From Rhodothermales bacterium (GTDB taxonomy: Bacteria > Bacteroidota > Rhodothermia > Rhodothermales > JAHQVL01): DNA of 64,000 bases. A program made the translations under genes and the position numbers. Location: the NCBI GenBank assembly GCA_041391505.1, contig JAWKNW010000004.1:292540-356539 (forward strand). The letters run 5' to 3'. Numbering within the stretch: position 1 is the first letter of the stretch; every line of letters begins with the position of its first letter. Under the pieces are notes generated by a model, which searched no databases, had not been told where the DNA came from, and saw nothing but the letters and a program-made list of their open reading frames with translations. Of the stretch, positions 28,760-37,901 are shown one piece after another.

Positions 28760-28914
28760 GCAATTCGCTGGCTGGAGAAACACCGCACGATACGACACCC
28801 GGCCATGAGTCGCACCTGTACGCCGGCCTCCATAGCCCTACAGCCGATCTCGTCGATGCGGGTCCGCGATCGGCATCGTTATTTTCGTACGGAGGTATCT
28901 ATCGCTCAGGACGC

Positions 28915-28953
28915 AAACCCGAAGGGTCTTCGAGACCCTTCGGGTTTCTTTTT
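28915..28953 (+). terminator. Textbook intrinsic-terminator structure with no annotated upstream gene
   Basis: AAACCCGAAGGGTCT (28915-28929), loop TCG, AGACCCTTCGGGTTT (28933-28947): perfect 15-bp stem followed by CTTTTTC. Located in the divergent intergenic region between nhaC (-) and the pRiA4b-like gene (+). Confidence 0.6.
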
Positions 28954-29028
28954 CGCCCGGCGACGGTTGCACCAGCCGGTTGCATGCTGTATGCTTCCAC
29001 AGATCCGTCCACAGCTCCGCGACCGTCC

Positions 29029-29637
29029 ATGCCCGACTCGATTTCGCTCGATCGCGTCTTTCAATTCAAGATCACCCTGCAAGGGGTCAAGCCAGCCATC
29101 TGGCGGCGTATCCTCGTTCCCCCCACCTATACGTTCTGGGACCTCCACGTCGCCATACAGGACGCGATGGGGTGGGAGGACTATCACCTCCACGCCTTCC
29201 GCGTACCGCATCCCTCCACCGGCGTCGTCACCGAGATCGGAATCCCCGTCGAGGACGACATGGGGGGCGAAAACGTCACGCCCGGATGGGAAACCCGCGT
29301 GTCCGACTGGATGAAACCGGGCGCCATCGTGGCCTACGAATACGACTTCGGCGACGGCTGGGTGCACGAACTCAAGTTCGAACTCGTCAAGGACCGCGAG
29401 GAAGGCCTCGACTATCCCGCCTGTGTCGCCGGCGAACGCGCCTGCCCCATCGAGGACAGCGGCGGCGTCTGGGGCTATCAGGACATGCTCTCCGTCCTCG
29501 CCGACCCGAAACACGAAGACCACGCCTCGACGCGCGAATGGCTCGGTGAGGATTTCGATCCGGCGCATTTCGACCCGACCGAAGTCCAGTTCGACGACCC
29601 GAAGGAACGCTGGGATTTTGCCTTCGGCGACGAGTGA
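29029..29637 (+). CDS. Plasmid pRiA4b ORF-3-like family protein
   Basis: MPDSISLDRVFQFKITLQGVKPAIWRRILVPPTYTFWDLHVAIQDAMGWEDYHLHAF is the hallmark N-terminus of the pRiA4b ORF-3-like family. The longer ORF from 28741 would read through the terminator hairpin, so the downstream ATG is chosen (28984 is an alternative). Confidence 0.75.
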   Translation: MPDSISLDRVFQFKITLQGVKPAIWRRILVPPTYTFWDLHVAIQDAMGWEDYHLHAFRVPHPSTGVVTEIGIPVEDDMGGENVTPGWETRVSDWMKPGAIVAYEYDFGDGWVHELKFELVKDREEGLDYPACVAGERACPIEDSGGVWGYQDMLSVLADPKHEDHASTREWLGEDFDPAHFDPTEVQFDDPKERWDFAFGDE

Positions 29638-29699
29638 AACCTGCCCGATAGGGTGGCGTAGTGCTAGTTTTCTAGCATGAAAAAATTCGGGCACCTGTT

Positions 29700-30887
29700 A
29701 TGACCTCCTATCGCATCGCGGCGCTCCTGCTGCTCGTCGGCCTCACCGGTTGCCGGGACGCGACCACGCCTGCCCATTCCGAGTCGGACCATCGCGGGGA
29801 AGGCCCCATTAAAACCGTTGATCGGCTGGTCCAGGACCTGGTCCTGAACGGCCATACGGCCGGCGTGGCCGTGGCGGTTCAGATCGGCGACGACGTCCCG
29901 TTCGTGAAAACCTACGGCGTGGCCGATGTGGAAGCTGAAGCGCCCGTCCGCCCCGAAACGCGTTTCGGCATCGCCTCCGTAACCAAACCCTTTACCGCGA
30001 TGGCGATCGCGCGGCTCGTGGAAGCCGACCTGCTCCGGTTCGACGACCCCATCGAACGCTTCTTCCCTGACTTCCCTCGCGCCGGCGAGGTGACGGTCCG
30101 CGACCTGCTCGCGCACACCTCCGGCATCGCCGACTGGTGGATGGGCGGCCTGCCCGAAGGGACCCCCGACACCTGGGCGCGTGAACCCGAGCCCCACCGC
30201 TATCTGGCGCGGATGAACACCGTGTATCTGGTCGAACCGGGGACGCAGTTCGCGTATGCCAGCAGCAACTACGTGTTGCTGGGCGAGATCGTCGAGGCCG
30301 TGACCGGGAAACCGGTCTTCATGTATCTGGATGAGCAGGTGTTCGAGCCGCTCGGGATGCGAGAAACCGGCCTATGGGGCGAGGAGGCTGCGGTGCCCCG
30401 GGCCCGGGGGCATGCACGCGTCGATGCCGGCGATTCGCTGGCCACATCCTCTTTCCAGGCCGTCGATTTCCCGGCGGCGCAGCTCGGGGCTGCAGGTGGG
30501 CTGGAATCCTCCGTACGCGACATGCTCGTCTGGTCGCGCGCCCTGTTCGATGGCGAACTGGTGGCCGATTCGCTGCTGGACGAGATGACAGCCTATGCGC
30601 ACGTGCGAGACGGCCGGCCCGTCTACGACGCGATGTACACCCCGCCCGGATCGCCGCCGGCCTCGATGCCGGGATACATGCAGCGAAGCGGGTACGGACT
30701 CGGGTTTAACCTGACGGATATGTTCGGTGAGCCGGTCGTGTGGCACAGCGGTGGCATGCCGGGTTTCAACGCGATCTGGGTGTACATACCGGCCTCGCGG
30801 ACTTCGCTGATCTTGGTGGCGAACACCGACAACGGCGCCGTACCGGCGTTTGAGGAGATCGTGCGGGCACTGGTCGCGCCGGCATAA
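29700..30887 (+). CDS. Serine hydrolase, beta-lactamase (class C/PBP4-like) family lipoprotein
   Basis: Lipobox LLLVGLTGC. SxxK active-site motif in IASVTKPFTAMAI. 395 aa. Confidence 0.8.
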   Translation: MTSYRIAALLLLVGLTGCRDATTPAHSESDHRGEGPIKTVDRLVQDLVLNGHTAGVAVAVQIGDDVPFVKTYGVADVEAEAPVRPETRFGIASVTKPFTAMAIARLVEADLLRFDDPIERFFPDFPRAGEVTVRDLLAHTSGIADWWMGGLPEGTPDTWAREPEPHRYLARMNTVYLVEPGTQFAYASSNYVLLGEIVEAVTGKPVFMYLDEQVFEPLGMRETGLWGEEAAVPRARGHARVDAGDSLATSSFQAVDFPAAQLGAAGGLESSVRDMLVWSRALFDGELVADSLLDEMTAYAHVRDGRPVYDAMYTPPGSPPASMPGYMQRSGYGLGFNLTDMFGEPVVWHSGGMPGFNAIWVYIPASRTSLILVANTDNGAVPAFEEIVRALVAPA

Positions 30888-31015
30888 CCGGGCCGTGTTC
30901 TCGCTGTGGGCGGGCGTGGCATCTGATGCGCATCCGAAGTACTTTGGGGGTGCCGGCGTACCCCATTTCGCCGGCAGGATATCGTATCCGATCGTTTCAA
31001 CCTGCCCCGAAATCC

Positions 31016-32548
31016 ATGCACACCGACGCGCGCACCCTCGAAAACGGCAGCCTGATCGAAGGCGATCTCTGCATCATCGGCGCCGGCGCCGCCGGCATCA
31101 GCATGGCCCTGGAATGGGAAGGCGCGCCGCAGCGCGTCATCCTGCTCGAAGGCGGCGGATTCGATGTCGAGTACGCCATGCAAGACCTCTACACCGGCGA
31201 GAGCGTCGGGCAGCCGTATTTCCCGCTCCAATCGTCCCGGCTGCATTATTTCGGCGGGACGACGGGGCACTGGGGCGGCTGGTCGTCGGTCTATGATCCG
31301 CAGGATTTCGAGCCGCGCGACTGGGTGCCGAACAGCGGGTGGCCCATCAAGCGCGCCGAACTCGACCCCTACTACGCCCGCGCCTGCGCCTACGTCGAGG
31401 TTGGCAAGCGGACCTTCGACACGCCGGCGTACCTGGCGGAAGACCCCGGGCTGGTCGAGTTGCCGCTCGACCGCTCCGTCGTCTGGGCCAAGATGTGGCA
31501 ACTGAGCCCGCCCACGCGCTTCGGCACCGTGTACCGCGACGCCGTCGTGGGGTCGAAGAACATCCATCTGCTCACGTACGCGAATGTGTCCGACATCCGG
31601 GCGAATGAGAACGTGTCGCAGGTGCAGGAGGTGGAAATCCGCTCCCACGAGGGTAAGACGCACCGCGTGCGCGCCCGGCATTTCGTGCTCGCCGGCGGGG
31701 CGATCCAGAACGCGCGGCTGCTGCTCGCCTCGAACCGGCAGGCGCCGCGCGGCCTCGGGAACGACGCGGATCGGGTCGGGCGCTACTTCATGGAGCACCT
31801 GGAGGTGATCTCGGCACGGATGGTCCTGACGCAGCCGCTGCCGATGAAACTGTATCTCACGCAGTTCGGCGTATCGAAGCACTTCGCCGAGATGGCCATC
31901 ACGGCCGAAAAACAACGCGAACTCCGGATCCTCAACGGGACCTCGGCGGTCCGGGCGCAGGCCGCCCCGAACGCCGCCGGCGGCGTCACCGGGTTTTCGG
32001 CGGATGCCGTCCAGAACGTCCGCGACCGTCAGTCGCGCCTGTCGCGTGTACAGAACCAGGCCAACGCGCCGGCGGTGGAGGAAGCGCCGCGGACGGAGTA
32101 TGTAATGCAGGTCCGCATGGAGCAGGCGCCCAACCCGGACTCGCGGATCATGCTCGGCGACCAGCGGGATGCCCTCGGGATGCCCCGGGTGAAGCTGGAC
32201 TGGCGAATCGGCGACCTGGAAAAACGCTCGATCCGCCAGCTGCACGAGACGTTCGCCGCCGAAATCGGCAAGGCCGGCATCGGCCGCATGCAGCTCAGCG
32301 ACTGGCTGCTGACCGACGAACCGATGTGGCCGGCCAATCTCGGCGCCGGCTGGCACCATATGGGCACCACCCGCATGGATCCCGATCCGAAACAGGGGGT
32401 GGTCGACCTACACTGCGCCGTGCACGGAATCGATAACCTGCACGTCGCCGGCTCCGCCGTCTTCCCCACCGCCGGCGCCGCCAACCCGACGCTGACCCTC
32501 CTCGCGATGACACTCCGGCTGTCGGATCATCTCAAGGGGATGTTTTGA
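31016..32548 (+). CDS. GMC-family FAD oxidoreductase
   Basis: Start at MHTDARTL.... FAD motif DLCIIGAGAAG. C-terminal GMC pattern HHMGTTRM...VVD...VHGIDNLHVAGSAVFPTAGAANPTLT. Confidence 0.8.
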   Translation: MHTDARTLENGSLIEGDLCIIGAGAAGISMALEWEGAPQRVILLEGGGFDVEYAMQDLYTGESVGQPYFPLQSSRLHYFGGTTGHWGGWSSVYDPQDFEPRDWVPNSGWPIKRAELDPYYARACAYVEVGKRTFDTPAYLAEDPGLVELPLDRSVVWAKMWQLSPPTRFGTVYRDAVVGSKNIHLLTYANVSDIRANENVSQVQEVEIRSHEGKTHRVRARHFVLAGGAIQNARLLLASNRQAPRGLGNDADRVGRYFMEHLEVISARMVLTQPLPMKLYLTQFGVSKHFAEMAITAEKQRELRILNGTSAVRAQAAPNAAGGVTGFSADAVQNVRDRQSRLSRVQNQANAPAVEEAPRTEYVMQVRMEQAPNPDSRIMLGDQRDALGMPRVKLDWRIGDLEKRSIRQLHETFAAEIGKAGIGRMQLSDWLLTDEPMWPANLGAGWHHMGTTRMDPDPKQGVVDLHCAVHGIDNLHVAGSAVFPTAGAANPTLTLLAMTLRLSDHLKGMF

Positions 32549-32585
32549 GGCGTCTGTTGAGCGTTTGCGTTCACCCGCGCACCCA

Positions 32586-32751
32586 GTCATCCTGAGCCGC
32601 CGGTCGCTCGCGACTGGCGTGTCGAAAGCCCGCTCTCGCGAACGCGGGGGGACCTCCCGAATCACACGCGCCAACGACGATACAGGGCGTCGCGAATGGG
32701 TCGGGAGGTCCTTCGACACGGCCCGATTCCATCGTGCCGGCTCAGGATGAC
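32586..32751. repeat. 166-bp nested-hairpin intergenic element (MITE/REP-like)
   Basis: Three nested perfect inverted repeats: GTCATCCTGAGCCG (32586-32599) with CGGCTCAGGATGAC (32738-32751); GTGTCGAA (32619-32626) with TTCGACAC (32712-32719); GGACCTCCCGA (32650-32660) with TCGGGAGGTCC (32701-32711). Confidence 0.8.
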
Positions 32752-32868
32752 AGAGCTATCCCCCATTGCCCCATACTTCGGCATAGGCTATGGCGCGCGT
32801 CTCGCAATTGTCGTTGGAAAGTCGTAAATCAACTAACCTGTCAACCACACGCGCACCAGGAGACCATC

Positions 32869-34545
32869 ATGCAATCCAGTAGACGCAATTTCCTGCAGGT
32901 GTTGGGCGCCGGTACCACAGGCCTCGGCCTGGGTCCGGTGACCCTCGGCGCCCGCGAACGGGACGCCCGCGTCCCCGAAGAAGACGACGAGCAGATCCTC
33001 TACATCGGCGACGACATCGCCATCACCGACACGGTATACGGCAAAGTGCAGGGTTTCATCCTGCGCGACACCTACCACTTCCGGGGCATCCCCTACGGCG
33101 CGGACACCGGCGGGGCCAACCGCTTCATGCCGCCGCAAAAACCGGCGTCGTGGGATGGCGTCCTGCCGGCGGTGTGGTGGGGCGATACGGCTCCTCAAAT
33201 CATGGACGGCCGGTACGATAACGTCTGGGCCTCGTATGCCGACCACTGGAACTACGACGATGTCAGCGAGGACTGCCTCCGCCTCAACGTCTGGACGCCG
33301 GCCCTCAACGACGGCGGCAAACGCCCGGTCATGGTGTGGCTCCACGGCGGCGGCTACACGAACGGCAACGCCGTCGAACAGGACGGCTACGACGGGGCGA
33401 ACCTGAGCCGCACGGGCAACATCGTCTTCGTCTCGATCAACCACCGCCTCGGCCCGATCGGGTTCTCCGATCTCTCGGGCGTCGGCGGCAGCAAATACGC
33501 GCACTCGGGCAACGTGGGGGCGCTGGATATGGTCGCCGCGCTGGAATGGGTGCGCGACAACATCGCGAACTTCGGCGGCGACCCCGGGAACGTCACCATC
33601 ATGGGGCAATCCGGCGGCGGCGCGAAGGTGTGCACGCTGATGGGCATGCCGGCGGCGAAAGGGTTGCTCCACAAAGGCGTCCCGCTCAGTGGCTCCACGC
33701 TCCAGGGCATGGATCAGGAGACGTCGCGCGGCATCGGCGCCTACATCCTGAAAGAAGCCGGCCTGCAGGCCTCCGAGATCGACAAGCTCCAGGAGATGCC
33801 GTGGAAGGACTACCTCCTGCTGGCCTCCCGCGCCGCGCGGAAATACGGCGAGGAGAAAGGCGTGACCGGCTTCCGCGCCGGCTTCGGCCCCGTAGCCGAC
33901 GGGATCAACATCCCGAAATCGAACTTCTTCGGCGACGCGAACGGCCTGTCGGCGGATGTGCCCATGCTGATTTGCAGCACCTTCCACGAATGGGCGGCAA
34001 GCCGCGTCAACCCTGCTATGGAGAAGATGTCGAAGGATGAGGCGATCGCCATGCTCCGAGAACGCGCCGGCTTCCGCGGCGGACTCGGGGATAAGGCGGG
34101 TTCCGTGTACGACGGATACGCCCGGGCCTTCCCGCAAGCCACGCCGTTCGAGATCGTCACCCTCGTTTCCAGCAATCGCCAGGGCGTCGTCGACACAGCT
34201 ACGGCCAAGTCCGGCCAGAACGCGCCGGTCTACGTCGCCTGGTTCGGGTGGCAGCCGCCGATGTTCAACGGCCGCATGCGCTCGTTCCACTGCCTCGACA
34301 TCTGCTTCTGGTACGCCAACACCGACGTGATGCTCACGCACACCGGCGGCGGCAAACGGCCGCGCATGCTGTCGAACAAGATGTCGGCGTCGTTGCTGAA
34401 TTTCATGCGCACCGGCGACCCCAACGGCGGCGGGTTGCCGGCGTGGCCGGCCTTCACACCGGAGCAGGGCGAGGTGATGGTGCTCGACGACGAGAGCGCG
34501 GTGATGAACGATCCCGACCGTGAAGGGCGGAGGCTACTGTCCTAA
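32869..34545 (+). CDS. TAT-exported carboxylesterase (type B carboxylesterase/lipase family)
   Basis: Start at MQSSRRNFLQVLGAG (twin-arginine). EDCLRLNVWTP, WLHGGGY and nucleophile elbow GQSGGG. Confidence 0.85.
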   Translation: MQSSRRNFLQVLGAGTTGLGLGPVTLGARERDARVPEEDDEQILYIGDDIAITDTVYGKVQGFILRDTYHFRGIPYGADTGGANRFMPPQKPASWDGVLPAVWWGDTAPQIMDGRYDNVWASYADHWNYDDVSEDCLRLNVWTPALNDGGKRPVMVWLHGGGYTNGNAVEQDGYDGANLSRTGNIVFVSINHRLGPIGFSDLSGVGGSKYAHSGNVGALDMVAALEWVRDNIANFGGDPGNVTIMGQSGGGAKVCTLMGMPAAKGLLHKGVPLSGSTLQGMDQETSRGIGAYILKEAGLQASEIDKLQEMPWKDYLLLASRAARKYGEEKGVTGFRAGFGPVADGINIPKSNFFGDANGLSADVPMLICSTFHEWAASRVNPAMEKMSKDEAIAMLRERAGFRGGLGDKAGSVYDGYARAFPQATPFEIVTLVSSNRQGVVDTATAKSGQNAPVYVAWFGWQPPMFNGRMRSFHCLDICFWYANTDVMLTHTGGGKRPRMLSNKMSASLLNFMRTGDPNGGGLPAWPAFTPEQGEVMVLDDESAVMNDPDREGRRLLS

Positions 34546-34560
34546 TCCTCATCATGTCGT

Positions 34561-34600
34561 AAAAAAGCTCCCGGGCCGCTCAGGTTCGGGAGCTTTTTTA
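34561..34600. terminator. Rho-independent terminator (A-run/stem/T-run, potentially bidirectional)
   Basis: AAAAGCTCCCG (34563-34573) pairs with CGGGAGCTTTT (34587-34597), followed by TTTA. It starts 16 bp after the esterase stop. Confidence 0.8.
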
Positions 34601-34853
34601 TTCAGGCTATCCCTTCGGATAACATCCGGCTGTAATGTAACGATGTTGCTGCCTGTATCGTGTGCCGTTGACTATCCAAGACGGGTTGCCGAATCTCTCA
34701 CACTTTTTTGGCTGTTCTAATGTGTTTTTCCAGCGCGTTTTTTTGAAATCGATGAATGCGACATCGCTGGATGAGCTCTGTATTGCTGCAATGTTGTGAT
34801 AGAAGTGTTTGTGCGAACTTTCTTACTGTTTCATAAACCTGTCGCTCAACACC

Positions 34854-35612
34854 ATGAAACGATTGATTGCTTGCTGCACCCTCCTCGTCGCGCTCTCGTC
34901 CGTCAGCCTCGCTCAGGATGCTGCCGCGCCGCAGGGATTCTTGATGTTCCATCAGAACAAGGTCGCGGGGCTGGACGTGCCCCGGTTAAATCAACTGGCC
35001 GACTCCATCATGCGTCCCGTGCTCGATGCCATGGTGGAGGAACAGATCATCATGAGTTGGGGCATTCTCACGCATGAATGGGGGGACGAGTGGAACTGGA
35101 ACTGGTACCTCACGACCGCGGATCACGCATCGTTCGTGAGCGCCTGGGCTGAATTCTCCAAACGTATCATGGAGCGGTTTCCTGACGGCGTGCCTGAAAT
35201 GATGCAGTACCTCCAGGCCCACAAGGATAACCAGTTCCTGGTCAGAAAGGCGTTCGGTCGTCCGCTCGCAGCTGGGGAAGCACCACCCCGTTTCATGATG
35301 TCCAATCTGGCGATGGTCAAAGAGGTCGACGTGCCGGCTATCGACAAGCTGTTCGACACGGCGATGGCGCCGGCGTTAAATGCCATGCTGGCTGAAGGCC
35401 TCATCTACGGATGGGGTGATCTTCGGCACGCCTGGGGAGATGAGTGGAATATAGGCTGGTACATCAGCACGAAAGATCATGCGGCGTTTGTCACCGCCTG
35501 GGAGTCGCTGCTCGCCCGGGTGATGAAGGATCATCCTGAAGCGCTGATGGAAGCCCAGAAATACGCGCTGGCGCACAAAGACAACCTCTATCACATCCAG
35601 TATGCCCGATAA
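34854..35612 (+). CDS. Secreted hypothetical protein made of two tandem copies of an unrecognised ~105-aa domain
   Basis: Signal peptide MKRLIACCTLLVALSSVSLAQD. The two halves align without gaps on WG.L.H.WGDEWN..WY..T.DHA.FV.AW......M...P......Y..AHKDN. Visibly lower GC than its neighbours. Confidence 0.65.
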   Translation: MKRLIACCTLLVALSSVSLAQDAAAPQGFLMFHQNKVAGLDVPRLNQLADSIMRPVLDAMVEEQIIMSWGILTHEWGDEWNWNWYLTTADHASFVSAWAEFSKRIMERFPDGVPEMMQYLQAHKDNQFLVRKAFGRPLAAGEAPPRFMMSNLAMVKEVDVPAIDKLFDTAMAPALNAMLAEGLIYGWGDLRHAWGDEWNIGWYISTKDHAAFVTAWESLLARVMKDHPEALMEAQKYALAHKDNLYHIQYAR

Positions 35613-35732
35613 ACGGGTTGCATTTGTGCGCATATGGATGCGCATCCGTTCAGACTGTCCGTACAAAACAACGCTCCTGCATCGTATCGATGCAGGAGCG
35701 TTGTGGTATGTTCTCATGACAGGTGTGGGGCT

Positions 35733-37901
35733 TCACTCCGTCAGCGCGAACGCGTAGTAATTCCGGGGCAGGGGGTTCGCCGGCGCGCCGGTGAGCGCCG
35801 ACAGCATGCTGCCCCCCGCCGGCCCGGCGCCGATCACGACAAACTGCCTGCCGTCGACTTCGTAGATCGCCGGGATGCCCTGCACGGGGCCGGGCAGCCG
35901 GTGGGTCCAGATCTCCTCGCCCGTATCCTTGTCGAGGGCCCGGAAGGTCTTGTCCGTCGCCACGAACAGGAGCCCGCCGGCGGTAACGGACGGCCCGCCC
36001 CGCATCCCGACGGAGCCGGTATTTGTGATGCCGCGCTCGACGAGCGCCTCCACATCCCCGACCGGCCGCTCCCATATCTTGTTGCCCGTATGCATGTCGT
36101 AGGCCGTCAGGGTCTCCCACGGGGGCTTGATCGCATACCCGATGCTGGCGAGGAAATAGCCGTAGCCCGTTTTATAACGCACCGGGCCTTCTTCGGGCCC
36201 CGTAGACGTCGCCGGCGGCGGAGGTGGCGGCGCGAATTCCGGGAACGAGAGGTAGGAGATCAGACTGCTCACCTCCTGATCGGTGAGGTCGCGGAACGCC
36301 GGCATCGTCCCCTTGCCCTCACGCACCTGCTGGCGCACCTCCTCGGGCTTGAGCCGATCCATCACATTCACCAGCGACGGGATGAGCGGAGGCTGGCCTT
36401 CCAGGTTTGCCATATGGCACAGCTGGCAGTTCTGGCGGTATACAAAGGCGCCGCGCTCGGGCGGGAAGGCGTCCGGCCCGGGGACGCCGGGGATCTCACG
36501 CTCCAGCGTCAGGACGGTCGGGAAGTTTTTGTTGAGGATGTAGAAGATGCCGTTCTCGGGGTCCGCCGCGGTCGTGCCCCAGTTGGCGCCGCCGCTGTTG
36601 CCCGGCATCTGCATCGTGGGGGTCGTGCTCGGGGGCGTGAAGAGCCCCAGGTTGTTCATGCTGGCCACGTAGCGCCGGAGGCTGTCCTGTTCTTCCTGGG
36701 GGATGTACGGGTTGACGTCGTCTTCGGTAAACGAGAGGACGCCGAACGGCTCGGGCCAGGTCGGGTAGGGCTGGGTGGGCCAGGCTTCCTCGCCGGGCAT
36801 GTCGGATGGAGGGACGGGCCGCTCCTCGATCGGCCACAGCGGCTCGCCCGTTACCCGGTCGAAGACGTACACGTACCCCGTCTTGCCGGCTTCCACGACG
36901 ATGTCTGTCTCCTTCCCCTCGTGGGTCACCGTCAACAGCACCGGCGCGGCCGTCAGGTCGAGGTCCCACAGGTCGTGATGGACCGTCTGGTAATGCCAGA
37001 TGCGTTCGCCCGTGCGGGCGTTGAGCGCCACGAGCGAGTTGGCGAACAAGTTGGCGCCGAGGCGGTCTGCGCCGTAAAAGTCGTACGTGGCCGAGCCGAG
37101 CGGCAGGTACAGGATGCCGCGTTCCACGTCGACGCTCATGCCGCCCCAGACGTTGGCGCCGCCGGCGGTTTTCCAGGACTCGGGGTTCTCCCAGGTGTCG
37201 TACCCGTATTCGCCGGGATGGGGGATGGTGTGGAAGACCCAGGCGAGCTTGCCCGTCCGCGTGTCCCACGCCCGGATGTCGCCCGGGCCCGAACCGTAGC
37301 CTTCGCCGGGGCCGGAGCCGAGAATGACGAGGTTTTCGAACACGATGCCGGGGGAGGAGGGCGTCGCGCGGATTTTTTCGGGGTCGCGCGAGATGCCTTC
37401 CCGGACGTCGATCGCGCCGTCCGGGCCAAATGAGGGGATGCCCTCGCCATTTTCGGCGTTGATGGCGTAGAGCAGGTTGCCGCGGGGGACAAACAGCCGG
37501 CGGTCCGAGCGGTTGGCGCTCTCCCAGTACAGGAGGCCGCGGTCGCGCACGCCGCGCCCGGCCCGCGGGAAGGAATGGACCCATAGCTCTTTGCCGGTGC
37601 CGGCGTCCAGCGCCACGAGCGCGCCGCTATCGGCGACGACGTACATCATGCGGTCGACCACGAGCGGACTGAATCCCGACGGACCGTTGTCTCCGGCGGG
37701 GTAGGTCCACGCGACGTCCAGATCCTTGACGTTCGATCGGTCGATCTGCGTGAGCGAAGAAAAGTGCGCCGCGCCGGCGTCGCCTTCGTACATGCTCCAC
37801 GATGCATAGGGCGACGAGTTGTCGGCGCAGCCGGCGAGGAAGATCAGGGCGGCGACCGTCCACAGGGGTAAGGTGGATCGGTAGGGGTTCACGCGCATCA
37901 T
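35733..37901 (-). CDS. Lipoprotein PQQ-dependent dehydrogenase with embedded cytochrome c domain (divergent paralog 4)
   Basis: Start at MMRVNPYRSTLPLWTVAALIFLAGC (lipobox). Same Gcd-like motifs (LFANSLVALNARTGERIWHYQTVHHDLWDLDL, AWPTQPYP). CQLCH encoded at 36414-36428 (minus strand). Confidence 0.85.
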   Translation of the reverse strand: MMRVNPYRSTLPLWTVAALIFLAGCADNSSPYASWSMYEGDAGAAHFSSLTQIDRSNVKDLDVAWTYPAGDNGPSGFSPLVVDRMMYVVADSGALVALDAGTGKELWVHSFPRAGRGVRDRGLLYWESANRSDRRLFVPRGNLLYAINAENGEGIPSFGPDGAIDVREGISRDPEKIRATPSSPGIVFENLVILGSGPGEGYGSGPGDIRAWDTRTGKLAWVFHTIPHPGEYGYDTWENPESWKTAGGANVWGGMSVDVERGILYLPLGSATYDFYGADRLGANLFANSLVALNARTGERIWHYQTVHHDLWDLDLTAAPVLLTVTHEGKETDIVVEAGKTGYVYVFDRVTGEPLWPIEERPVPPSDMPGEEAWPTQPYPTWPEPFGVLSFTEDDVNPYIPQEEQDSLRRYVASMNNLGLFTPPSTTPTMQMPGNSGGANWGTTAADPENGIFYILNKNFPTVLTLEREIPGVPGPDAFPPERGAFVYRQNCQLCHMANLEGQPPLIPSLVNVMDRLKPEEVRQQVREGKGTMPAFRDLTDQEVSSLISYLSFPEFAPPPPPPATSTGPEEGPVRYKTGYGYFLASIGYAIKPPWETLTAYDMHTGNKIWERPVGDVEALVERGITNTGSVGMRGGPSVTAGGLLFVATDKTFRALDKDTGEEIWTHRLPGPVQGIPAIYEVDGRQFVVIGAGPAGGSMLSALTGAPANPLPRNYYAFALTE

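Noticed and set aside
28741-29028. N-terminal extension of the pRiA4b-like ORF
   Set aside because: The extension overlaps the nhaC start region and reads through a perfect 15-bp terminator hairpin (28915-28953). The family-typical N-terminus begins at the ATG at 29029.
35634-37433. 599-aa plus-strand ORF overlapping PQQ paralog 4
   Set aside because: The minus-strand frame encodes a full-length homolog of the three other PQQ-cyt c proteins. The plus-strand product has no motifs and a biased composition.
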